A stretch of DNA of 64,000 nt from Patescibacteria group bacterium (lineage in GTDB: Bacteria > Patescibacteriota > Patescibacteriia > SCPX01), in the NCBI GenBank assembly GCA_004298615.1, contig SCPX01000056.1, forward strand, positions 6,876 through 70,875, written 5' to 3'. A model generated the notes under the pieces. That model ran no database searches. It was not told the DNA's origin and saw only the letters and a list, made by a program, of their open reading frames with translations. The stretch's first letter is position 1. Each line of letters starts with the position of its first letter. Shown here in pieces: positions 26,346 to 35,003 of the stretch. The translations under genes and the position numbers were made by a program.

Positions 26346-27206
26346 ATGAAAAATCCTCTTATAAAACTCGCTTTGGTTGTCTTTACTTTTATTATCGCGA
26401 TCGCTCTATTTGCTTCTTTTATTAGTCCCAGAAATGATCTGGGCGCGTTTGTCGCGCCATCGCTTTTTGTCGCGTATTTGGGCGGAGTTCTTTCAATAAT
26501 TTCTCCTTGTTCAATCGCTGTTTTGCCGGCTTTTTTTGCCATCACTTTCAGGGAAAAAGAAAAATTAAGACGCGCCGTTTTGATTTTTTCTCTCGGCCTC
26601 ATATCGGTTTTTATTCCTCTGGGTATTGGCGCGTCATTTGTCGCCAAATCTTTTTTTGAAAATAGGAATATTTTTATTACGACCGCCGGAGCGCTTTTGA
26701 TTTTTTTTGGAATTTTGACAATATTGGGCAAACAAATTCATTTGTTTGAGAAAAATCCGCACATTGAAAAGGCGGCGCGGGGCGGCTTCAAATCTATTTT
26801 TCTAATGGGAGCGCTTTTTGCTTTTGGCACCGGCTCCTGCGCGGCGGCCGTTTACGGCGGAATTTTGACTCTGGCGGCCGCTTCCAATACCGTCTGGTAC
26901 GGGACACTGCTCCTTTTAATATTTTCCGCCGGCCTGATTACTCCCATATATATTCTAAGCGCGTATTTTGATAGGATAAATATTTCCCAAGTTTGGTGGA
27001 TAAAAGGCAAGGTTTTCCAGGTTAAATTGTCGAAAAAAGAATATTATTTTCATTCCACCAATATAATCGCCGGCCTACTATTGACCGTAGTAGGAATTGC
27101 CTTTATAATGTGGAAGGGAACATCTTTCCTTTTGCCATTTTTTGACAAGACGGGGCTTATTAGTTTATACTATAACCTCAATGAATGGCTGATGCTAAAT
27201 CTTTAA
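26346..27206 (+). CDS. ccdA: CcdA/DsbD-family thiol-disulfide transporter membrane protein
   Basis: It has the 'LSIISPCSIAVLP' motif and a polytopic profile. It lies adjacent to the DsbA-like gene. Confidence 0.7.
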   Translation: MKNPLIKLALVVFTFIIAIALFASFISPRNDLGAFVAPSLFVAYLGGVLSIISPCSIAVLPAFFAITFREKEKLRRAVLIFSLGLISVFIPLGIGASFVAKSFFENRNIFITTAGALLIFFGILTILGKQIHLFEKNPHIEKAARGGFKSIFLMGALFAFGTGSCAAAVYGGILTLAAASNTVWYGTLLLLIFSAGLITPIYILSAYFDRINISQVWWIKGKVFQVKLSKKEYYFHSTNIIAGLLLTVVGIAFIMWKGTSFLLPFFDKTGLISLYYNLNEWLMLNL

Positions 27207-28084
27207 AAACGCATTATTATAAAATAATTATTAATTGGTTAAATTCATTTATGACCGAAACACATCACGCTCCGCATCATGAGCCGGTTCATCATACGCC
27301 GACTCCGCAACCCCCTTATTATCAAGGACAGGGAGGGGGATTATTGGACGCTCCGCCGAAAACCACTTTTGTTATGGGTTTTTTAGCCGGAATAGTTTTG
27401 ACCGCTGTCGTGGGATTATTCTTTATATTCCCGTCCGTGGCGCAAAATGCCAAAAATGGCAAAGTGGCCGGTACGACGACCAATAGCAATACCAACACAG
27501 CTCTGGCAGTAACGCCTCCAGCCGCCGGTGACGAGCCGGTTATTGGAAATTTCCGGGCTGTTACCGATTCCGAACACATTCGCGGCGACAAAAAATCGCC
27601 TCTCACGATTGTTGAGTACTCCGATTTTGATTGCCCTTTTTGCGAGCGGTTTCACCCGACTATGCAAAAAATATCAGACGAATATAAAGGCAAAGTCAAA
27701 TGGGTCTACCGGCATTTTCCTTTAGACTCTCTGCACCCGAATGCCCGCAAAGCGGCTGAAGCCAGCGAATGCGCCAATGAATTGGGCGGCAATGACGCTT
27801 TCTGGAAATTCGCCGATAAGCTCGCTGGTGAAAGCGGACAATCAACTGCTGAAAAACTTACGACCTACGCAAAAGATATCGGGCTCAATGAAGCTAAATT
27901 CAAAACCTGCGTTGATTCGGAAAAGTACAAGCAAAAAGTCCAAGACGATTACAATGACGCGGCCGCGGCTGGAGGCCAAGGCACTCCTTACAGCGTCTTG
28001 ATTGATTCTAAAGGCGGGAAGACCGCGATCAACGGCGCGCAACCATATGAGTCTGTAAAAGCGATGATAGACGCGAAGCTGTAA
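27185..28084 (+). CDS. DsbA-like thiol:disulfide oxidoreductase with a CPFC active site, a His/Pro-rich N-terminus and one TM helix
   Basis: It has 'IVEYSDFDCPFCERFHP' and 'VYRHFPLDSLHP'. An alternative start at 27251 ('MTETHH') is possible. Confidence 0.7.
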   Translation: MADAKSLKTHYYKIIINWLNSFMTETHHAPHHEPVHHTPTPQPPYYQGQGGGLLDAPPKTTFVMGFLAGIVLTAVVGLFFIFPSVAQNAKNGKVAGTTTNSNTNTALAVTPPAAGDEPVIGNFRAVTDSEHIRGDKKSPLTIVEYSDFDCPFCERFHPTMQKISDEYKGKVKWVYRHFPLDSLHPNARKAAEASECANELGGNDAFWKFADKLAGESGQSTAEKLTTYAKDIGLNEAKFKTCVDSEKYKQKVQDDYNDAAAAGGQGTPYSVLIDSKGGKTAINGAQPYESVKAMIDAKL

Positions 28085-28184
28085 AGACACAGATGAACGC
28101 AAGATAATTTAAATCGCAAGATTAACGCCAGATATCTTGCGTATATCTCGCGACTAATAAATCTCGCGTATATCTGCGTATTCT

Positions 28185-28955
28185 ATGATTCCGTGGTTTC
28201 AAATAGAACAAATCCATTTCGGGCCCCTCACGATTCAAGTGTGGGGCCTCTTGGTATCTCTGGGTTTTATGCTCGGAGCGTTTGTGCTTTGGAAAGAAGC
28301 GAGGCGCAAGGGAGTGGATGCCAATATCATTTTGGATCTTTTTATTTTAATTTTAGCGGGCGCAATTATCGGCGGGCGGCTTTTTTATGTTGCCGAGCAT
28401 TACAAAGAGTATATCGGCGATCTTTTGCGGATTTTTCTAATTTCCGAAGGGGGGATGTCTTTCTTTGGAGGATTTTTAGCTGCTTTGGCGGCCGGAGTGG
28501 TTTTTGTTCATAGAAAAAAGATGCCGGTGTGGAAAATCACGAACATAATCGCGCCAGCTTTGGCCGCCGGCTACGCAATCGGCCGATTCGGCTGTCTTTT
28601 CATTCACGATCATTTGGGGAAAATCACCAATTTCTTTTTGGGTATAAAGACGCCAGACGGCACGATCCGCCACGAGCCGATAATTTACGAAATTTTTTTC
28701 AATGGCCTGACGCTTTTCTTTGTTCTCTGGTTTTTGCGAAAGAGGATCAAAAAAGACGGAATGCTTTCGATTATTTTCCTTGTCTGGTTTTTGTCCGTGC
28801 GGTTCGTCACTGACTTTTTCCGCTCCGCCGATTTGCCCGATTCGGACATAAGATATTTCGGCTTAACTCTGGCGCAGATAACTATAATAATATTTGCAGT
28901 ATTTGTTTTGCTGATTTCTAAATATTTTATAACGAAGAAACAAAACGCACATTAA
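28185..28955 (+). CDS. lgt: Prolipoprotein diacylglyceryl transferase
   Basis: Lgt motifs are present ('GGRLFYV', 'GGMSFFGGFLAA', 'GRFGCLFIHDHLG'). Confidence 0.85.
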   Translation: MIPWFQIEQIHFGPLTIQVWGLLVSLGFMLGAFVLWKEARRKGVDANIILDLFILILAGAIIGGRLFYVAEHYKEYIGDLLRIFLISEGGMSFFGGFLAALAAGVVFVHRKKMPVWKITNIIAPALAAGYAIGRFGCLFIHDHLGKITNFFLGIKTPDGTIRHEPIIYEIFFNGLTLFFVLWFLRKRIKKDGMLSIIFLVWFLSVRFVTDFFRSADLPDSDIRYFGLTLAQITIIIFAVFVLLISKYFITKKQNAH

Positions 28956-28980
28956 GATTTAATTTACAGTAATTAAACAT

Positions 28981-29128
28981 CGTCGCAATTCAAAATATGT
29001 CGTGCATCAAACGATCGTCACATATACGACATTATTTCTTAAGATTAAAAAATAATACGATATGGATTCATCGAGTAAAAGCAGTTTATGATATGTCGTG
29101 CATCAAACGATCGTCGCATATACGACAA
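28981..29128. repeat. Left ~150-bp direct repeat unit containing two 36-bp palindromes (28997-29032 and 29093-29128) separated by a conserved 'atacgatatggattcatcgagtaaaagcagtttatg' core
   Basis: Seen in sequence. The unit is about 85% identical to unit 31246-31392. The palindrome is ATGTCGTgcatcaaaCGATCGtcacatatACGACAT. Confidence 0.65.
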
Positions 29129-29229
29129 AATTATATTATGCTATAATAAATTAAGGCGAAATAAAAGCGAGAAAAGAAGAGGCGACGGGTGTTTGAATTA
29201 ATAAATTAATAACGCAATTATCAATAATT

Positions 29230-29814
29230 ATGAAAGGCGAAAATAGATTGAAAATATTGGAGTTTCTTGAAAATTCCGGCCAGGCATTAGAGGAATTGTT
29301 TTTTATTTTTACAGTGCCCTACGGCACTTCTTTTCACGGGGCGGAATATCGTTTGAGAAAATTTCGAGAGGAGAGAGAGAATTTAAAAACCCTCAAAAAA
29401 GATAAACGGCGGTTTGATGACTTGATTTATCGTTTGCGCAAAGATGTGTTGATTGATGATATTAAGAGTAAAAAAGGGTCTTTTTTGCGCCTAACGCAAA
29501 GGGGAATAGAAATTTTAAACAAACTGCGCGACAAAAAAGACAAAGCAATGCCTGACGCAAAATATCAAAGCCAAAATGACGATAATTTAAAGATAATTAT
29601 TTTTGATATTCCCGAAGGGGAGAAAAGAAAGCGCGTTTGGCTGCGTTCCGCCCTTAAAAACTTAAATTTTACAATGCTTCAGAAAAGCGTTTGGGCGGGG
29701 AAAAGCAAGCTGCCCCACGAGTTCGCGATAGATTTGAATAAACTGAAAATAATTTCTTATGTAGAAATTTTTGCTATCAGCAAGACCGGAAGCTTGAAGC
29801 AATTAAAATTTTAA
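29230..29814 (+). CDS. PaaX-like transcriptional regulator (wHTH N-terminus plus a PaaX_C/Cas2-fold-like C-terminus)
   Basis: 'KIIIFDIPEGEKRKRVWLRSALKNLNFTMLQKSVWAG' resembles the PaaX C-terminal block. The N-terminal 'LKILEFLENSGQ' is wHTH-like. The family call is by motif only. Confidence 0.45.
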   Translation: MKGENRLKILEFLENSGQALEELFFIFTVPYGTSFHGAEYRLRKFREERENLKTLKKDKRRFDDLIYRLRKDVLIDDIKSKKGSFLRLTQRGIEILNKLRDKKDKAMPDAKYQSQNDDNLKIIIFDIPEGEKRKRVWLRSALKNLNFTMLQKSVWAGKSKLPHEFAIDLNKLKIISYVEIFAISKTGSLKQLKF

Positions 29815-29841
29815 AAAAACAAATCTACCAAGATTCGAACG

Positions 29842-29877
29842 ATGTCGTACATCAGACGATCGTCGCATATACGACAT
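29842..29877. repeat. Third copy of the 36-bp palindrome (atgtcgtacatcagacgatcgtcgcatatacgacat), 30 bp upstream of gene 29908
   Basis: Seen in sequence. Confidence 0.6.
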
Positions 29878-29907
29878 ATCTGAACAGCGTTGTAATCCGA
29901 TGGTATA

Positions 29908-30543
29908 ATGCTAATGAAAAAAAATATGGACAATGAGAATAATCATAATCCCGAGCCTACCCAAGAGATGCCATTGGTTGATATTGGAAAAGATAATCAT
30001 GATCAAACAGATCAGCAAAAAAGAGACGAGCGAATCCTGCAAATTGATCAGGAGTTGGCCGAGTTTTCAGTTAAGGCGCAAACCGAAGACGAGATAAACG
30101 CCGTTCAAATGGAAAGAGATCAAGAATATCAAAACAAAATCCAAGAACTGGAGACGGGCCTGAGCCAGCCGCTTTCCGAAGAAACAAAAGATAAAATTCA
30201 TCAGAATATGGTGGATAGCGTAATCGATCGGGCACGAAGAGTGAATAATAAGTTTGATAATCTGCAGATATTAAGAAATACGGAAAATCTTATTACTAAC
30301 ATGGAATCGCTTGGTGCAAAAATTGACAATAATTCAAGGATTAGGTTGGTAGAGATATTATCTTCGCCTCAGATATTGCATGTTAATAGGCGCGAACTAG
30401 TAAAACTATTTGGAGTTGATGAGAAAGATGACGCATTAGTCAGAAAACTTTATCAACCATTCAATGAAAAGTACGGGAAATTATTAAAAGAATGGTTGAT
30501 AAAAGAAAATAAATTTTTTTCTCCAAATCAGAAATTAAATTAA
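29908..30543 (+). CDS. Hypothetical acidic coiled-coil protein (211 aa)
   Basis: The ORF has coding-like composition. No TM helix and no recognised motif. Confidence 0.45.
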   Translation: MLMKKNMDNENNHNPEPTQEMPLVDIGKDNHDQTDQQKRDERILQIDQELAEFSVKAQTEDEINAVQMERDQEYQNKIQELETGLSQPLSEETKDKIHQNMVDSVIDRARRVNNKFDNLQILRNTENLITNMESLGAKIDNNSRIRLVEILSSPQILHVNRRELVKLFGVDEKDDALVRKLYQPFNEKYGKLLKEWLIKENKFFSPNQKLN

Positions 30544-30584
30544 CCGGAAATCAAGAAGTTCAAATCAATGGCGAAACGATAGAT

Positions 30585-31226
30585 ATGGCGGAACTTAATG
30601 ATTCTAAGATTTCTGAACTAGGAATAAAAAAAATTAAACGAATTATAGATGGAATCATTAATGACAATGAAAGTACTGCCGGACAAGGTATGTTCTGGAA
30701 TGTTTTGGTGCCAAAAGAAATACCTTTTGTTTTAAAGACTGAGCGCAAGCTTTATGATGAAAGTCAGGAAAAATACAGAAGAAAATCACTATTACAATAC
30801 CCGATTATTAGAGATAGTATAGGAAAAGAATTTTTACCTAAACAAGCTGTTTTGCTGGCGCACGATTCAGAACGATTTTATGTTTTGCAAGAAAAAATGC
30901 CATTGCAAAAAATGACAAGTATTAGAAATAAAAATATTGATTCAGTTATTGCTGGTGATTACGGACAGGAAATTGTAAACGCTTTGAGCGAAGAGAAAAA
31001 TAAAGAAAAATTGAGGGAATTTATTTCCGGAGTTGAGCGTCTCTATAAAGATCATAAACTAATAATTGATACGGTTGGGGATAATTTATTTTTTAATGTT
31101 TCCGAAGGCGGTGATTTGAATATAAAGCTGGTGGATTACGGCGCCTTCAAACAGCGTGGGGATGTCCCAAATAGTGACATAAAAGAAGTGCTAGTGTTTT
31201 TAGAAAAATTGACGAATTTATTATAG
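30585..31226 (+). CDS. Small atypical protein-kinase-like protein (RIO/Bud32/Kdo-kinase-like size, no activation segment)
   Basis: A Gly-loop-like 'STAGQGMFWNVLV' is followed by 'VLK' (beta-3 Lys). 'LIIDTVGDNLFF' resembles a catalytic loop (D...N), and 'IKLVDYGAF' is DFG-like. This is an inference from motifs only. Confidence 0.4.
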   Translation: MAELNDSKISELGIKKIKRIIDGIINDNESTAGQGMFWNVLVPKEIPFVLKTERKLYDESQEKYRRKSLLQYPIIRDSIGKEFLPKQAVLLAHDSERFYVLQEKMPLQKMTSIRNKNIDSVIAGDYGQEIVNALSEEKNKEKLREFISGVERLYKDHKLIIDTVGDNLFFNVSEGGDLNIKLVDYGAFKQRGDVPNSDIKEVLVFLEKLTNLL

Positions 31227-31245
31227 GCGAACTTTTTTTTTGAAT

Positions 31246-31392
31246 TACTGCAATTCAAAATATGTCGTAGATCTACCAATCGTCACATATACGACATTAT
31301 TATCTTGAGATTAAAAAAATACGATATGGATTCATCGGGTAAAAGCAGTTTATGGTAAGTCATACATCAGCCGATCGTCATATATACGACAT
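31246..31392. repeat. Right ~150-bp direct repeat unit, with palindrome copies at 31262-31297 and a degenerate one at 31357-31392
   Basis: Seen in sequence. Together with 28981-29128 it brackets the three-gene cassette. Confidence 0.65.
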
Positions 31393-31540
31393 TTTTACCG
31401 ACTTATTTCATGACATAACTTTTATAATATTTGGTCGCACATTGTGCGATCGCTTCATCTGCGACTAGAATTATTTTGCCCCCATTTGTTTTTTTATAAT
31501 TTAATAGTATAATGAAAAAATATTTGTTTGATTTGAAATC

Positions 31541-32476
31541 ATGCCGATTGTTGAAGTAAAAAATTTATCCAAATATTATCCCAAGCCCGATAATCCGAAA
31601 GAAAAATTCGCGGCCGTGGATGATGTTTCATTTGAAATAAAAGAAGGGGAGACTTTTGGCATTCTGGGGCCGAACGGCGCGGGCAAAACCACGACTTTGG
31701 AAATGCTTGAGGGATTGAAAGTTATTGAAAAAGGGGAAGCGCTTGTCTCTGGAATTTCCGTAAAAAACGATCCGATGAGAGTGAAACAGATAATCGGGGT
31801 CCAGCTCCAGGAAAGCCATTATTTTGATTTTTTAAAACTCAAAGAATTGCTTGATTTGTTCGGAGAATTTTATCATCGCAAAATTGACGGCCTGGAATTG
31901 CTTCGCGAAGTCCAGCTGGAAGATAAAAAAGCGGCTTATACCAGGCAATTATCCGGTGGACAAAAACAGCGCCTCTCCATCGCTTCGGCTCTGGTCAATG
32001 ATCCCAAAGTGCTTTTTTTGGACGAACCGACCACGGGCTTGGATCCGCAAGCCAGGCATAATTTGTGGGATTTGGTGAAAAAAATAAAAGCCAAGGGGAA
32101 AACAATCGTCTTGACCACGCATTATATGGAAGAGGCGCAAATCTTATGCGATCGCTTGGCGATTATGGATCATGGAAAAATAATCGCGCTGGACACGCCG
32201 GATAATCTTGTGAATAAATACGCCCCGATATCGCATATTATTATAAAAACGGATCAGCCGCTGCCAGACGAAGAATTGAAGAATATTCCGCATGTTCAAA
32301 GCATATCATCAGAAAACGATTTTTATGATTTTTGGGTAAGCAATCCGGAAGAGGTTTTACTGCGCTTGGTGGAATTTGCTAAATCGCGCGGCATTAAAAT
32401 TTTATCACTGCGCGTTGAGCGGTCTACTTTGGAAGATGTTTTTTTGAGCTTGACGGGAAGAGAATTAAGAGATTGA
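31541..32476 (+). CDS. ABC transporter ATP-binding protein (ABC-2/DrrA-like)
   Basis: It has a Walker A motif ('GPNGAGKTT'), the ABC signature ('LSGGQKQRLSIA') and a Walker B motif ('LFLDEPTTGLD'). Confidence 0.85.
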   Translation: MPIVEVKNLSKYYPKPDNPKEKFAAVDDVSFEIKEGETFGILGPNGAGKTTTLEMLEGLKVIEKGEALVSGISVKNDPMRVKQIIGVQLQESHYFDFLKLKELLDLFGEFYHRKIDGLELLREVQLEDKKAAYTRQLSGGQKQRLSIASALVNDPKVLFLDEPTTGLDPQARHNLWDLVKKIKAKGKTIVLTTHYMEEAQILCDRLAIMDHGKIIALDTPDNLVNKYAPISHIIIKTDQPLPDEELKNIPHVQSISSENDFYDFWVSNPEEVLLRLVEFAKSRGIKILSLRVERSTLEDVFLSLTGRELRD

Positions 32477-32480
32477 ATTT

Positions 32481-33575
32481 ATGACTTTATTTAAACTCAC
32501 CATTGCCAATATCAAAATGTATTTGCGCGATCGGCAGGCGCTTTTTTGGGCATTCTTTTTTCCTTTGCTTTTAATGACGGTATTCGGGGTGATGAATTTT
32601 GAAGGATCGGGAAAATTAACATTGGGAGTGGTCAATCTTTCGCCATCGCCCGCGGCTGGCGAATTTGTCAGTTCGTTGGAAAAAAGCGAATCGCTGGACA
32701 TCAAAAAAGATTCCAGAGAAAACGAAGAAGCGGCGCTCAAGAAAGGGGACAGGGACGCGGTGATGATTTTGCCGGAAGATTTTCTGGCCGATCCGGCGAA
32801 AACCTCGCCTTACACAATCAAAGTTTTGGTCAATAAAGGGCGGCCCCAGCAGAGTAGTACGGCCTTGTCCGTGCTCGGCAGTATTTTTTCCGAAATGGAA
32901 AGAAATATGACGCAAAAGCCGAAATTATTCGCCATTGAAACCGAGGATGTGGTGGCGCGCAATTTGCGGTATATTGATTTTGTGGTGCCTGGGGTGGTCG
33001 CTCTTTCCATTATGCAGCTTTCCATTTTCGGGATCGGCTTTACCATTGTTGAATACAAACGCAAAGGTGTGATGAAGCGGCTTTTTGTCACACCTTTGAA
33101 ACCGCTTGATTTCACATTATCCCATGTGATTATGCGCTTGCTTGTTTCAATATTTCAAGTGAGTATTTTATTTGCCGTGGCGATTTTGGTTTTCAATGTT
33201 AATGTGCTCGGCAGTTTTGCCGCTTTGTATTTTTTCGTAATATTGGGCGGGCTTTTATTTTTAAGCTTTGGTTTCGCCCTGGCCGGCATTTCCAAGACCG
33301 AAGACGCTTTGCAAGGATTGACCCAAGTATTTGTTTTTCCTCAAATGTTTTTGGGTAATGTATTTTTTTCCACCGACGCGATGCCGGAATGGCTTCAAAA
33401 GATTGTAGTATATATGCCTTTGAATTATTTGTCGGACGCGATTCGGAAAATTTCCACCGAAGGCACTGGGCTGATGGATCTTCAAAAAGATATTTTGGGA
33501 ATTTCGGTCTGGATAATCATCGGCTTTGTCTTAGCCATTAAACTCTTCCGCTGGCGCGAAGCGGCGAATAGTTAG
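32481..33575 (+). CDS. ABC-2 family transporter permease
   Basis: It has six predicted TM helices and the ABC-2 motif region ('FVFPQMFLGNVFFS'). It follows the ATPase with a 4-nt gap. Confidence 0.75.
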   Translation: MTLFKLTIANIKMYLRDRQALFWAFFFPLLLMTVFGVMNFEGSGKLTLGVVNLSPSPAAGEFVSSLEKSESLDIKKDSRENEEAALKKGDRDAVMILPEDFLADPAKTSPYTIKVLVNKGRPQQSSTALSVLGSIFSEMERNMTQKPKLFAIETEDVVARNLRYIDFVVPGVVALSIMQLSIFGIGFTIVEYKRKGVMKRLFVTPLKPLDFTLSHVIMRLLVSIFQVSILFAVAILVFNVNVLGSFAALYFFVILGGLLFLSFGFALAGISKTEDALQGLTQVFVFPQMFLGNVFFSTDAMPEWLQKIVVYMPLNYLSDAIRKISTEGTGLMDLQKDILGISVWIIIGFVLAIKLFRWREAANS

Positions 33576-33613
33576 TTTTTTGACAAAAAGGCGTAATTGT
33601 ATTATAATTCTCC

Positions 33614-33688
33614 CGCGGGGTGGAGAAGTGGCATCTCGTCGGGCTCATAACCCGAAGATCGGCCGTTCGAATCGGCCCCCCGCAACCA
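33614..33688 (+). tRNA. Initiator tRNA-fMet (anticodon CAT), with CCA encoded
   Basis: A manual cloverleaf fold works. The D-stem is GAGA/TCTC with A11:U24. The anticodon stem is TCGGG/CCCGA with three consecutive G:C pairs at 29-31:39-41. The anticodon loop is CTCATAA and the T-arm is GGCCG-TTCGAAT-CGGCC. The C1xA72 mismatch confirms the initiator identity. Confidence 0.8.
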
Positions 33689-33729
33689 AGTAAAAAATAA
33701 GCGAATGACTTTCACCCGCCTAAATTTTT

Positions 33730-33803
33730 GGCTGGGTAGCTCAGTTGGTTAGAGCGAAGGACTCATAAGCCTTAGGTCGTGGGTTCGATTCCCACCCCAG
33801 CTA
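33730..33803 (+). tRNA. tRNA with CAT anticodon, probably elongator tRNA-Met (tRNA-Ile2/lysidine not excluded)
   Basis: The acceptor is GGCTGGG/CCCAGCT (G1:U72 wobble). The D-arm is GCTC..GAGC with GG. The anticodon loop is CTCATAA. The T-arm is GTGGG-TTCGATT-CCCAC, the discriminator is A, and CCA is not encoded. Confidence 0.75.
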
Positions 33804-33807
33804 CTAG

Positions 33808-33890
33808 CCAAAAATTTGGGCGGGCGAGTAAGCCTTAGGTCAGTGGTTCTGCGCCAGAGGCGCATCCGCCTTGGGCGGAGATTCCACTTT
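33808..33890 (+). other. tRNA-fragment-like sequence that duplicates the anticodon/variable/T-stem segment of the preceding tRNA ('agtaagccttaggtcagtgg'), followed by two GC hairpins
   Basis: Seen in sequence. It cannot be folded into a cloverleaf, so it may be an integration scar or att remnant. Confidence 0.3.
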
Positions 33891-33929
33891 GACTGATGAT
33901 AATTATAATCTAATTGGCGTTATGAAAGT

Positions 33930-34418
33930 ATGAAAAAAACTCATTTTATACTTATTATCGTTATTACGACTTTTATTTCCGGCAGCGTAGCATTCGCTGC
34001 TTCATTGGCAGTTAAGTGCCCGGTAGTTATTGCTACTAAATCATCTAAGTCATATACATTGTCAAAAAATAAATTTGTTTGTTTTAAATCAGAAGCAGAT
34101 GCAAAAAAATCTGGCTACAAAAATGAAAAAACGGTTAAAAAAACATGGAAACCGGTAACTTCTTTTTCTGGTTCAGTTGACAAGACTACCGATCCATTTA
34201 TAATTACCGGAGCGCAATGGCGTATTAAATGGGATTATCCAGGGGACGCCCATTTTGCAATCGTTGTATATGATGCTACGAAAAATGAATACAAAAAGCT
34301 CATGGTTAATACTATCGGCGCAACAAATGACAACTCTAACTACTATGGGGCGGGATCATATTATTTAGATATTAGCGCTGGTTCTGATTGGAATGCTTCA
34401 ATTGAAGAATATAAGTAA
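33930..34418 (+). CDS. Small secreted hypothetical protein
   Basis: A signal peptide ('MKKTHFILIIVITTFISGSVAFAAS') is present. No family was recognised. Confidence 0.5.
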   Translation: MKKTHFILIIVITTFISGSVAFAASLAVKCPVVIATKSSKSYTLSKNKFVCFKSEADAKKSGYKNEKTVKKTWKPVTSFSGSVDKTTDPFIITGAQWRIKWDYPGDAHFAIVVYDATKNEYKKLMVNTIGATNDNSNYYGAGSYYLDISAGSDWNASIEEYK

Positions 34419-34448
34419 TGTTAATAAGTCAAAGTTGTAGCACTGTTT

Positions 34449-35003
34449 ATGTTTTTATCAAATCACGCGGCTGTGGGAGCGCTTTTGACCGTGCACACTG
34501 ACAATCCGGCAAGCGCTTTTGTTCTTGGATATTTTTCCCATTATCTTCTGGATATGATCCCGCACGGTGACGAAAAAGTCGGCACTTGGATGAAAGAAAA
34601 ACACACGAACTTGCGTTCCGCCGGAGTATTGATGGCCGACTTGAGCATTACGGCTATATTCTTTTTATCACTAAGCTGGAAAATTGATTTTCCCCATCCG
34701 TATGTCGTGGCGGCGGGAGTCTTCGGGGCGATGTTGCCGGATTTTCTGTACGGATTTTACGATCTCATAAGAAAATATCTTTCACCGGAAAAAAAGAAGC
34801 ACTACCGCGAAAAAGGCGGCTGGCTCATCAAATTGGCCAAGCGAACGCTTTGGGATAATTTTTTATTGGAGCGGCATTTTTATATTCACAGAAAAATTCA
34901 TTTTGCCCTGGGATACAATATTTCATTTCCAAGGGGCATGATTTTTCAAGCAGTGCTTCTCGGATTTTTATATTGGAGCACGCTTAATTATTTGAGTGTA
35001 TGA
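34449..35003 (+). CDS. Membrane-associated metal-dependent hydrolase-like protein (YdjM/DUF457-like)
   Basis: It has 'YFSHYLLDMIPHGDE' and several TM helices. The assignment is weak. Confidence 0.4.
   Translation: MFLSNHAAVGALLTVHTDNPASAFVLGYFSHYLLDMIPHGDEKVGTWMKEKHTNLRSAGVLMADLSITAIFFLSLSWKIDFPHPYVVAAGVFGAMLPDFLYGFYDLIRKYLSPEKKKHYREKGGWLIKLAKRTLWDNFLLERHFYIHRKIHFALGYNISFPRGMIFQAVLLGFLYWSTLNYLSV

Noticed and set aside
28997-31392. Possible CRISPR array suggested by repeated ~36-bp elements
   Set aside because: The repeats are palindromic. There are only five copies, they are irregularly spaced (60 bp, 700 bp, 1400 bp, 60 bp) and they are embedded in larger direct-repeat units. No cas genes are present, so they are interpreted as operators or att-like repeats instead.
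33808-33890. A third tRNA gene after the two tRNA-Met genes
   Set aside because: No acceptor-stem complement could be found, and no D-arm/T-arm geometry fits. Only a partial duplication of the tRNA 2 segments is present. It is recorded as a fragment or scar rather than a tRNA.
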